NCBI GenBank assembly: GCA_963707505.1
Contig: CAVPQB010000006.1
Location: forward strand, 448,001 to 512,000
Origin: an uncultured Gemmatimonadales bacterium
GTDB lineage: Bacteria > Gemmatimonadota > Gemmatimonadetes > Gemmatimonadales > Gemmatimonadaceae
Direction: 5' to 3'
DNA: 64,000 bases
Part shown: piece after piece, positions 20,141 to 28,234 of the stretch
How the letters are laid out: the number at the start of each line of letters is the position of its first letter
How positions within the stretch are numbered: the stretch's first letter is position 1
The notes under the pieces: model-generated
Databases searched by the model: none
What the model was told of the DNA's origin: nothing
The model's input: the letters and a program-made list of their open reading frames with translations, nothing else
Program-made: the position numbers and the translations under genes

Positions 20141-20904
20141 TCTGGCGCTCGGCGCGCGTCGCTGAGATAATCGACGAGACGCCGCGCGTGCGCACGCTCC
20201 TGCTGGACTGCCCGGACTGGCCCGGTCATCTCGCAGGCCAACACGTGGACGTGCGGCTCACTGCAGAAGATGGCTATCAGGCGGAGCGGAGTTATTCCAT
20301 CGCGTCAGCGCCCGGCGATGAGGTACTCGCGCTTACTGTAGAGCGCATAGACGACGGTGAAGTTTCTCCATATCTCGTGGGCGAACTGCGCGTGGGCGAT
20401 GAGATGGAGCTGCGCGGGCCGATCGGCGGTTATTTCGTCTGGAGCAGGATGCGCGGCGGTCCACTGCTTTTGCTGGCCGGTGGATCTGGCATAGTGCCGC
20501 TGCGCTGCATCATGCGCCAGCATGCAGCGGTGATGAGCGACGCTCCGGTCAAGTTGTTGTATTCAGTGCGCTCGCAACGCGAGATCATATATCGCGATGA
20601 GCTGGATCAGCTCGCTCGCAACGGAGTCGAAGTGATCTACACGCTCACGCGCGAGTGGCCCGACAAATGGACAGGATACCACCGCCGCATCGACGCCGAT
20701 CTGCTGCGCGAGATCGCGTGGCCCGCCAGCGAACGTCCGCTCGCATACGTGTGCGGACCGACGGCGTTCGTCGAGCGTGCAGCGAGCGAACTGGTGTCAT
20801 TGGATTACGAGCCAGACAGAATCAAGACCGAGCGGTTCGGTCCGACCAACGACAGCTCGACCGTCGATCGAGCGGCGCGCGCGAACACCTCACCGATCAC
20901 GTGA
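20110..20904 (+). CDS. FAD/NAD(P)-binding ferredoxin reductase-like oxidoreductase
   Basis: RSYSIAS, GEVS, GPIG, AGGSGIVP, YVCGP. Start is ATG 20110 or TTG 20137. Confidence 0.88.
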   Translation: MEGAALPGRLIWRSARVAEIIDETPRVRTLLLDCPDWPGHLAGQHVDVRLTAEDGYQAERSYSIASAPGDEVLALTVERIDDGEVSPYLVGELRVGDEMELRGPIGGYFVWSRMRGGPLLLLAGGSGIVPLRCIMRQHAAVMSDAPVKLLYSVRSQREIIYRDELDQLARNGVEVIYTLTREWPDKWTGYHRRIDADLLREIAWPASERPLAYVCGPTAFVERAASELVSLDYEPDRIKTERFGPTNDSSTVDRAARANTSPIT

Positions 20905-20920
20905 GTCGCTGATACAACAA

Positions 20921-20957
20921 AATGCAGCCTCCGGGTTTCCGGAGGCTGCATTCATTT
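20921..20957. terminator. Bidirectional terminator
   Basis: 14-bp stem aatgcagcctccgg / ccggaggctgcatt between convergent genes. Confidence 0.82.
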
Positions 20958-20974
20958 CGCTTCACTGAGCAGCG

Positions 20975-21760
20975 TCAATGTCCGCGCGGCCACCCGTGAT
21001 TCTGCTGGCTCGATTGGTCGGCGCCAGGGAGAGTCTTGCCCGCGTGCCTCGACTGACTCGATTCGCTCGACGCAGTTGGAAGTGTCTTCCCTGACTGCAC
21101 GTGACCGCTCTGGTATCCACCGTTCGGCGTTACACGATCGGGGTAACGTTGCTGAGTCGGGTAAGTGTTGGAGCGCTGTGGAGCGGGTAGCGCCTTGCCA
21201 CCCTGCACGCCACGGTCACCATATACTGGCTGCCGGTACACGGGTTGATACACCGGCTGCTGTACGATCACCGTCTGCGGATACGTGTTGTATCGACCGT
21301 AATTTCCGTACTGTCCATTCTGACCGTAGTTGCCGTACTGGCCGTAGTTGCCGTTTGGCTGCCAGAACGCTGCTACGTCATACGCTCCAGCGCCGCCCTG
21401 GTTGTCGCGAATGCGAACCACGGTCGTGTATCCGTTCTGAGCAGTCGGCTGCTCGATGACGTCGGCGCTGCCACGCCCCTCACGCATCTGCACGGTCACG
21501 TATCCGTTGGCCGATGGAAGTGCGCTCATCGCTCGGGCGTTGTTGTACCCGGTCATCTCACGCGGCCCCATCGCCATCACGGAAGCGCGGCCGCCCTGCA
21601 TCTGAACGCGGATCTCCTGATCCACGTTGCCACGCCACTCGAACAACTCACGTTGAGTCGATCGCTGCGCGTTCGCGGGAGCGGATATTGTCAGCGCGGC
21701 GAGTGGGATGGCCGCAACGCTTGCTACTCTGAGAATAGAACCAACGAATCCTGCCTTCAT
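20975..21760 (-). CDS. Secreted protein with a beta-rich domain and Gly/Tyr/Gln-rich tail
   Basis: ATG 21760 with GGAGG RBS; signal peptide ending PANA-QR; GNYGQY repeats; three GK(A/T)LP motifs. Confidence 0.78.
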   Translation of the reverse strand: MKAGFVGSILRVASVAAIPLAALTISAPANAQRSTQRELFEWRGNVDQEIRVQMQGGRASVMAMGPREMTGYNNARAMSALPSANGYVTVQMREGRGSADVIEQPTAQNGYTTVVRIRDNQGGAGAYDVAAFWQPNGNYGQYGNYGQNGQYGNYGRYNTYPQTVIVQQPVYQPVYRQPVYGDRGVQGGKALPAPQRSNTYPTQQRYPDRVTPNGGYQSGHVQSGKTLPTASSESSQSRHAGKTLPGADQSSQQNHGWPRGH

Positions 21761-21887
21761 GACAACCTCCTGTTGTCGTGCACGCTCTTGTGCAGAGCCG
21801 TGCTCCTGCATCCACACGATTAGACGTGGAGACAAGCGCCAGCGTTAAGGCTTTTTCAGTCATTTTGAGAGTGAAAATCGACTCCTG

Positions 21888-21907
21888 GCTGTCATGAAGA
21901 TGACAGC
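21888..21907. promoter_or_regulatory. Palindromic operator GCTGTCAT-N4-ATGACAGC
   Basis: Perfect 8-bp inverted repeat in a divergent intergenic region; near-copy at 6221. Confidence 0.65.
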
Positions 21908-21974
21908 TTTCTCGAGGCAGGATTGCCTGCTGCCACGAGCTCACCGCCCGTGTGTTTCGACTCGTCGTACCGCT

Positions 21975-21992
21975 GTGGCATGCAAGGCGCAT
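21975..21992 (+). promoter_or_regulatory. Possible sigma54 -24/-12 promoter
   Basis: TGGCATGCAAGGCGCA has GG-N10-GC spacing, about 70 bp upstream of 22062. Confidence 0.35.
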
Positions 21993-22061
21993 AGGATGCG
22001 CCTGAGGCGCCTTCACATTCAACCGCGTGCCGCGTCCAATTCACAGGCATAACTCAAGAGG

Positions 22062-22517
22062 ATGACTTCCATGCGCTTTCGTACATTCAGTTTCGTGACA
22101 GCGGTTGCGATGCTCGCGGCTTCCGTAGCGTGCACCGACAACACCTCGCCGTCCAGCCGGTCGGCGGGTGGGACGTATGACCTTCAAACGGTGAACGGCA
22201 CCTCGCTGCCGTATTCGTACAACACCAGTTCAGGCACGCTCACGATCCAGAGCGACATCTACACGCTCAACAACGATGGTACGTACAACGAGACGATCAG
22301 TGAGACGATCTCCAACGGTGTCAGCAATGCACCCACGAGCGACGCAGAGTCTGGAACGTGGTATCAGAATGGGAACGCTGTCGTGTTCTCGCCAAACTAC
22401 AGCACGCAGAACAACTACACGCAGTACACCGGCGCGCTGTCAGGCGGCGGAACGTTCAGCCACAGCTCGATAACGTTCTCGTACAACGGAGTGGTGTGGG
22501 TGTACAACCACACATGA
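22062..22517 (+). CDS. Lipoprotein, lipocalin-like beta-barrel
   Basis: Lipobox SVAC; GTYDLQTVNG..LP, ESGTW pattern. Confidence 0.75.
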   Translation: MTSMRFRTFSFVTAVAMLAASVACTDNTSPSSRSAGGTYDLQTVNGTSLPYSYNTSSGTLTIQSDIYTLNNDGTYNETISETISNGVSNAPTSDAESGTWYQNGNAVVFSPNYSTQNNYTQYTGALSGGGTFSHSSITFSYNGVVWVYNHT

Positions 22518-22531
22518 TGACGCGCAGATCG

Positions 22532-22838
22532 TTACGCCTGGATTAGCGGAACGCCGTAGATCGCCAGTGTTCGGTCGGCAGTGACGAGCGTGCATCCCTC
22601 CACGCTCGCCTGCGCGACCAGCATGCGAGCGAAGGGATCGCGCTGATGATGCGGCAACGCGACGGTAGCAGCTGCGTGCGCGAGCGTTACCGGGAGCTCC
22701 TTGAAGTTGTTGAACACAAGGATGTCGCCGAAGCTCTGTGGAAACGTGAGCCTGCCAGGAGGCGGCCTCCTTCACGAGCTGCGAGAGATGCGTCCTGGCC
22801 TCGTACAGATTCACCTGCTTGGGCCTGGTGTCAGGCAT
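22532..22838 (-). pseudogene. Collapsed Phd/YefM antitoxin-VapC (PIN) toxin module
   Basis: MPDTRPKQVNLYEARTHLSQLVKEAA (Phd N-terminus) is joined out of frame to GRLTFP...LPHHQRDPFARMLVAQA..LVTAD (PIN C-terminal half). Confidence 0.8.
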
Positions 22839-22942
22839 CGGTCCCCCGACTAAAAACCAGGCCTGAATGACCGGGTGGTCTAGTCGGTTGGTCTGGTTGG
22901 TCAAAATACCCTGCACAATCACAATCGCTAGCGACCGGCCGG

Positions 22943-23608
22943 TCATCTGGGCTCGGTAACTCCGATCTGCCGACAGTACTCCAGCACGGGACAGGTCGAG
23001 CATCTGGGTCGCGTCCCGGTACAGACGTTCTTGCCGAACGGAACCAGCAGCCGGTTGATCTCGATCCAGTACTTGTTCGGAAGCTTCTCTTCCAGCTGCC
23101 GCTGCACCGACTCCGCACTGCCCGCTTTCACATACCCCCAGCGCGTGGTGACCCGTGCTACGTGAACATCGACACTGATGCGGCTCTGTCCAGCCGCAAC
23201 GCCAAGCGCGAGGTTGGCGCACTTGGGACCCACACCGCGAAAGGACTTGAGAACTTCGGCGTCAGCCGGAAGCTCGCCACCGAACTCCTCGATGGTGCGA
23301 ACCGCAATGTCATGGATCTGCTTCGCCTTCCCCGTGTGGAACGTCGCCGGATGAATCAGCTCATCTATCTCCGACGCATCCAGACGCGATATCGCTTCAG
23401 GACCTGGTGCGGCCTCGAACAGCCGCACCGCTGCAGGCAGGCTCACCTCGTCACGCGTGCGAATCGAGATCACGCACGCGACCAGCTGCTGAAACAGCGT
23501 GTCGAACTTTCGGTCGCGCAGCTCGAACATCGCGGCGTCGGCATACTGCTCGACTTCATGCCGGATGCGACGGAGCACCACCGAAATATCAAACGGAAGC
23601 TTTGCCAT
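22943..23608 (-). CDS. nth: Endonuclease III
   Basis: HhH GVGPKCANL, VDVHV, Fe-S cluster CTGTRPRCSTCPVLEYC. Confidence 0.92.
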   Translation of the reverse strand: MAKLPFDISVVLRRIRHEVEQYADAAMFELRDRKFDTLFQQLVACVISIRTRDEVSLPAAVRLFEAAPGPEAISRLDASEIDELIHPATFHTGKAKQIHDIAVRTIEEFGGELPADAEVLKSFRGVGPKCANLALGVAAGQSRISVDVHVARVTTRWGYVKAGSAESVQRQLEEKLPNKYWIEINRLLVPFGKNVCTGTRPRCSTCPVLEYCRQIGVTEPR

Positions 23609-23655
23609 CGCCGAGGTGGAATTGCATGACGTGGGCCGCCACACACTCCGCGCTG

Positions 23656-24912
23656 CTACCCCTCGCCGAGCTCGGCCAGCCGTCGATCCAGAAAGCGCTG
23701 CTCCTGCAACTGAGTCGCAAGGCTTCTCGCGGTTGTGTAAGATATGATTGCCTCGTCCTTGCGACCTGCGCGCAACAACAGCGCGCCCCGCGCCGAATGC
23801 GCGAGATAGTATCCCGCAAGCTCTCCGTGCTGCATCAGACTGTCGATCAGCTCCAGTCCGCGCGTCTCGCCATCCCGCATCGCGATCGCCACCGCCCGGT
23901 TCAACTCGACCACCGGCGATTCGTGAATCCGCAGGAGCACGTCATACAGTCCTACGATCTCGCCCCAGTCAGTCTCCGCCGCCGTTCTCGATTCGGCGTG
24001 CACCGCTGCGATCGCTGCCTGCAACGCGTATGGCCCGACTCTGCGCGATGCGAGTGCGCGCGTGGTGAGCGCAATCCCTTCGCGAATCTTCGCCTGGTCC
24101 CAGAGTGTGCGGTCCTGATCGTCCAGCAGAATCGGCTCACCGTCACCAGCGATGCGTGCGGCCCGTCGCGAGTCGTGCAACAACATGAGCGCGAGCAACC
24201 CATCCACCTCCGAATCTTCATGAAGCTCGGCGAGCATCCGCGCAAGACGAATCGACTCGGCGCACATGTCCGCGCGCGTTACCTCGTCGCCGAACGTCGC
24301 TGAATAGCCTTCGTTGAAGATGAGATAGATGACCGCGAGCACGGCGTCGATTCGCTCCGGCAACTCGGCCTGCCCCGGAATCTCATACGGAATTCGCGCA
24401 TCCCTGATCTTGTTCTTCGCGCGCACTATGCGCTGCGCCAGCGTCGGAGCCGGTACGAGAAAGGCACGCGCGATCTCTTCCGTCGTGAGTCCGCCTACGG
24501 TCCTGAGCGTGAGCGCAACCTGTGCCTCGATTGCGAGCGCCGGGTGACAGCACGTGAAGATGAGTCGCAGTCTGTCGTCGGGGATCTCATCGTCATCACC
24601 ACCGTGAACGCTGGTCGGGACGTGCGATTCCATCTCCGCTGCAATCTCCGCGTGCCTGGCGTCGAACCTCGCACGACGCCTGATGTGATCTATCGCGCGA
24701 AAGCGTCCGGCACTTACCAGCCAGGTGCGAGGATTCGCCGGCACACCGTCAACTGGCCATCGCTCCATCGCCGCGACGAAAGCGTCGTGCAACGCTTCTT
24801 CCGCAACGTCGAAGTCGCCTAGCAACCGGACGAGTGTTGCCAGGACGCGGCGCGAGTCGGATCGGTAAGTGCTCTCCACAATCTCCCGCGCACGCGTCGA
24901 AGCATCCGTCAT
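23656..24912 (-). CDS. ECF42-type sigma factor with C-terminal TPR extension
   Basis: AEEALHDAF, RLRLIFTCCHPAL, YLIFNEGY, LNRAVA; adjacent DGPF protein. Confidence 0.9.
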   Translation of the reverse strand: MTDASTRAREIVESTYRSDSRRVLATLVRLLGDFDVAEEALHDAFVAAMERWPVDGVPANPRTWLVSAGRFRAIDHIRRRARFDARHAEIAAEMESHVPTSVHGGDDDEIPDDRLRLIFTCCHPALAIEAQVALTLRTVGGLTTEEIARAFLVPAPTLAQRIVRAKNKIRDARIPYEIPGQAELPERIDAVLAVIYLIFNEGYSATFGDEVTRADMCAESIRLARMLAELHEDSEVDGLLALMLLHDSRRAARIAGDGEPILLDDQDRTLWDQAKIREGIALTTRALASRRVGPYALQAAIAAVHAESRTAAETDWGEIVGLYDVLLRIHESPVVELNRAVAIAMRDGETRGLELIDSLMQHGELAGYYLAHSARGALLLRAGRKDEAIISYTTARSLATQLQEQRFLDRRLAELGEG

Positions 24913-24928
24913 TGCATTCGAGCCGCTG

Positions 24929-25282
24929 TCAGCTGTTGAATACCATGATGGGCCGTACTTCTACCGAGCCAAGTTTGGCGCCTGGAATTCTGCCTGCGAC
25001 CTGCAGTGCGTCGTTCAGATCCTTGGCTTCGATCAGATAATATCCGCCGAGCTGCTCCTTCGTTTCGGCGAACGGACCGTCGGATGTGATAGCCTTCCCG
25101 TTGCGAACGCGGACCGTCGTGGCCGACGACGTTGGCTGGAGCGCGTCCCCGCCGATGAAATGCCCGCTGGCCTTGATGTCTTCGCCGAACGCGTTGTATT
25201 CTGCCATCATCTTGCCCATCTCGTCCGGCGACATTTTTTGCCAGAGCGATTCCTCGTCGTAGATCAAGCAGAGGTACTTCAT
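24929..25282 (-). CDS. YciI/DGPF-family protein
   Basis: SDGPFAETKEQLGGYY...VEVRP. Confidence 0.92.
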   Translation of the reverse strand: MKYLCLIYDEESLWQKMSPDEMGKMMAEYNAFGEDIKASGHFIGGDALQPTSSATTVRVRNGKAITSDGPFAETKEQLGGYYLIEAKDLNDALQVAGRIPGAKLGSVEVRPIMVFNS

Positions 25283-25327
25283 AATTGGCCTCACTGAAAG
25301 GGTGATTTCCCGCGTCTTCGTCCAATA

Positions 25328-25354
25328 GTCGAACGGCTCGGCACAAAATCGACA
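25328..25354 (-). promoter_or_regulatory. ECF42 autoregulatory promoter
   Basis: Minus strand TGTCGA-N17-CGAC matches the described ECF42 motif (TGTCGA at -35, CGA/TC at -10). Confidence 0.75.
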
Positions 25355-25447
25355 CCTGGTAAAAACAGCTGTTACGCCCAGCTCGCACCAGTCAACGGTA
25401 GATAGATTTCACGAAACCTGCTTCCTTGCACCCATTTCGCCGAGAGA

Positions 25448-26008
25448 ATGATGAGAGCAATCATCCGTACAGCTGCCACCACCGCCTTGCTCTTCACCGC
25501 TGCTGTGGTGGCCGGCGCACAGACCACGACGCAGCTTGGCACGGGTGGCGGAGGCAGTCCGCACGTGAAGACGGACTGGACCATCGGCACCGCACACATC
25601 TCGATCTCATACGGCCGCCCGTCGTTGAAAGGTCGCGCCGAAGCGACGCTGATGCCCACCGGCAAGCCATGGCGCACTGGCGCGGATGAAGCGACGGTGC
25701 TCACAACCGACAAGAGGCTCACTTTCGGATCTGTCGCCCTCGCGCCGGGAAGCTACACCATCAATACGGTGCCGGGCACGACGTCGTGGCAGCTGATCCT
25801 GGGCAAGCTGGGCAGCCCCAAGCAGTGGGGCATCCCATATAAGAAGGAGCTGGAGATCGGTCGCGCCCCGATGATACTTGGCAAGACGACCGCACCGGTC
25901 GAGCAGGTCACCATTTCCATCGATCCCGACAGATCCGGAACTGGCGGAGTCCTCCGCATCGAGTGGGGAAGTACGAGCGCGGCGACTCCGTTCACCGCCG
26001 GTTCCTGA
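25448..26008 (+). CDS. Secreted DUF2911-family protein
   Basis: Signal peptide; SPH, YGRPSLKGR, WRTGADEAT, IEWG. Confidence 0.85.
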   Translation: MMRAIIRTAATTALLFTAAVVAGAQTTTQLGTGGGGSPHVKTDWTIGTAHISISYGRPSLKGRAEATLMPTGKPWRTGADEATVLTTDKRLTFGSVALAPGSYTINTVPGTTSWQLILGKLGSPKQWGIPYKKELEIGRAPMILGKTTAPVEQVTISIDPDRSGTGGVLRIEWGSTSAATPFTAGS

Positions 26009-26121
26009 TAAGTGACACGGAGATGACGATACGTCGTAGCCACGGATGGATCGCCGGCGCCGCGCTCCTTTCGGTCGCGCTGGTGTCTTCCGCCCGCACA
26101 AGTAACTGCGTCGTTACACCA

Positions 26122-26502
26122 TCACGGCGCCACTACTGACGCTCCCTTGATCCGCCTTGCAAGATTGTCGCCGATTCCCATTGCAATGAGACCCACGAGA
26201 AGGTGCAGAACGCGGATCACCCAGTGCGCGGATCCCGGCATCAGGCTGCGCTGCGTCATGCCGAGTGCGAGGACCACGATTCCCCAGATGAAGCCAAGCG
26301 CAATGAGGCCTCCTGATTGACGTGCCGCTATAGCGACGCCGGAGAGTACCCAGAGCGCAATCACGAACAGCACACCGATCAGCATGTGTGCGTTCACGAG
26401 CTGCAGCGCATGCCCGCTCCAGAAGAACAGGCCCAGTATGATCAGTATCAAACCGAACAGGCGCACGACGATCTGCGCCACTGCGGTAGTCGTCCTCATC
26501 AA
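26122..26502 (-). CDS. Small 4-TM membrane protein
   Basis: Four hydrophobic helices with His residues (AHMLIG, HW..VLHLLVG). Confidence 0.75.
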   Translation of the reverse strand: MMRTTTAVAQIVVRLFGLILIILGLFFWSGHALQLVNAHMLIGVLFVIALWVLSGVAIAARQSGGLIALGFIWGIVVLALGMTQRSLMPGSAHWVIRVLHLLVGLIAMGIGDNLARRIKGASVVAP

Positions 26503-26680
26503 TTGATTCTCCTCTTGGTCGATGCGGGAATGCGAACTCTCGGGGAACGATGGGCCAGATACTTTGGCTACGTCAAGTATAGGGCCGGGTCAATTATCGA
26601 GAATCTTCATGAAGTTACCCGGGATGTGGTGTCAAATGGTCCTCGGGCGTATAACTACAGATAACCAACCAGACACCCAC

Positions 26681-27175
26681 ATGCCGCTCCATTCCGAGTT
26701 TTTCTTCTGTGTCTCGGCGTTCGTACTGGGAGTCGTAGCCGGAATGCGTAGCATGATGGCGCCGGCGGTTCTCGCGCTGACGCTGTCACGTCGTCCGGAA
26801 TACGTTCCCGCGAGTGCGCCGGCGCAGTGGTTTGCGCTCATTCCTGTCGCTGTAGTCCTTTGCATCGTGGCGCTGGGCGAGCTTGTAGGCGACAAGCTGC
26901 CGATGGCGCCAAATCGAACCGCGCTTGGACCATTTGTATTCAGACTCGTGACCGGCGCGATCACAGGGGCGGCGCTGGTGCAGTTGGGGGGAATCAATGC
27001 CTGGGCCGGAGCGGCGTGCGGCGCAGTCGGCGCGATTGCGGGGACGTTCGGAATGTTTCACGCACGCAAGCTTGCCGGACGCGTTACCGGAATCAGCGAT
27101 CCGTACATCGGCGCGATCGAGGATGTAGTTGCGATCGCGATTGCGGCGACGGTCGTTGCGCGGCTTGTGGGGTGA
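26681..27175 (+). CDS. Membrane protein, DUF4126-like
   Basis: AGMRSM.AP, GELVGDKLP..PNR, AIEDVVA. Confidence 0.75.
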   Translation: MPLHSEFFFCVSAFVLGVVAGMRSMMAPAVLALTLSRRPEYVPASAPAQWFALIPVAVVLCIVALGELVGDKLPMAPNRTALGPFVFRLVTGAITGAALVQLGGINAWAGAACGAVGAIAGTFGMFHARKLAGRVTGISDPYIGAIEDVVAIAIAATVVARLVG

Positions 27176-27178
27176 TGG

Positions 27179-28036
27179 CTACAGACGTGCGACGATGGCC
27201 TCTGCGAAGCGCGCGGCGCCCGACGAGGTGTGCGAGAAGAACAGCGACGGCTCCAGCATCTCGAGCTCGAGTAGCACGAAGCCAGCATCGGTTTCTATTC
27301 CATCCACGCGCGCGTACAGCCACGGCGATGGCGCGACGTCCAGCACGCGTTGCGCGGCGCGTACTACGTCACCGTTCGGCCGGTCGGTGATCGAACGGCC
27401 ACCAAATCCGGTCTGGACACGGAAATCTCCTTCGGTTGGCATCTTCCGCACCGCGTGACTGAAGTCACCATCGATGAACATCAGCGACCACTCGCCACGC
27501 GTCTGGATCTCCGGCATGAACGGCTGCACCATGACATCACCCGCATCGAGTGATTCGGCGAATTGCGCGCCGACGTCGAGCACCGCGGCGTGCGACACGC
27601 GCCAGGTGCGGGTAGCGGCCGCCGAAATGACCGGCTTCACCACCGCATCCAGCCAGCCACGCTCCACGAGCAGGCCGCCGAGGTCGGGCTTCGTGCCCTT
27701 CTCGAGCCATTCGGTGGGAACGGTGGGAACGCCCGCCCTCTCCAGATCACGGAGATAGGTCTTCTTCATGTTCCATCGGAGCACCGCTGGGGGATTCCAC
27801 ACTGGAGCACCCGCGGCGTCGAGCGCATCGATCCAGGACCGAAACTCCGCGGCGCGGTGATGGTAATCCCACGTCGAGCGAATGATAATCGCGTCAAAAC
27901 CGGCCCAATCGACCGCTGGGTCGTTCCAGATCGCGCCTGTTACCCGCGCACCACGTTTTTCAAGCTGGGCGACCGCAAGCTGGTCGTCCGGAGTCAGGTC
28001 CGGGTGCGCGGCCGAAGTTACGAATGCAATGTTCAC
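27179..28036 (-). CDS. ATP-grasp protein (RimK / glutathione synthetase-like)
   Basis: IRSTWDY, VVKP, VQPF, GDFRVQ, YARVD, ELEMLEPSLF. Confidence 0.88.
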   Translation of the reverse strand: MNIAFVTSAAHPDLTPDDQLAVAQLEKRGARVTGAIWNDPAVDWAGFDAIIIRSTWDYHHRAAEFRSWIDALDAAGAPVWNPPAVLRWNMKKTYLRDLERAGVPTVPTEWLEKGTKPDLGGLLVERGWLDAVVKPVISAAATRTWRVSHAAVLDVGAQFAESLDAGDVMVQPFMPEIQTRGEWSLMFIDGDFSHAVRKMPTEGDFRVQTGFGGRSITDRPNGDVVRAAQRVLDVAPSPWLYARVDGIETDAGFVLLELEMLEPSLFFSHTSSGAARFAEAIVARL

Positions 28037-28234
28037 GAGACAATGATTTCATGATGCCGCTCCGGGAGCAAGTGCCAAGAGCAAGTGCCTGGCGCAAGTC
28101 TCGGAGGCAAGTGCGAAGTGCGCGCGGATTGTCCATATTTTACGCGGACGAATTCACGGTAGCTCTCGTTGCCGTTTCAGTGCCCGAATATCGACGGGAA
28201 ACTGGCAATAATCATCGCTGGATCCGAGGCAGGA

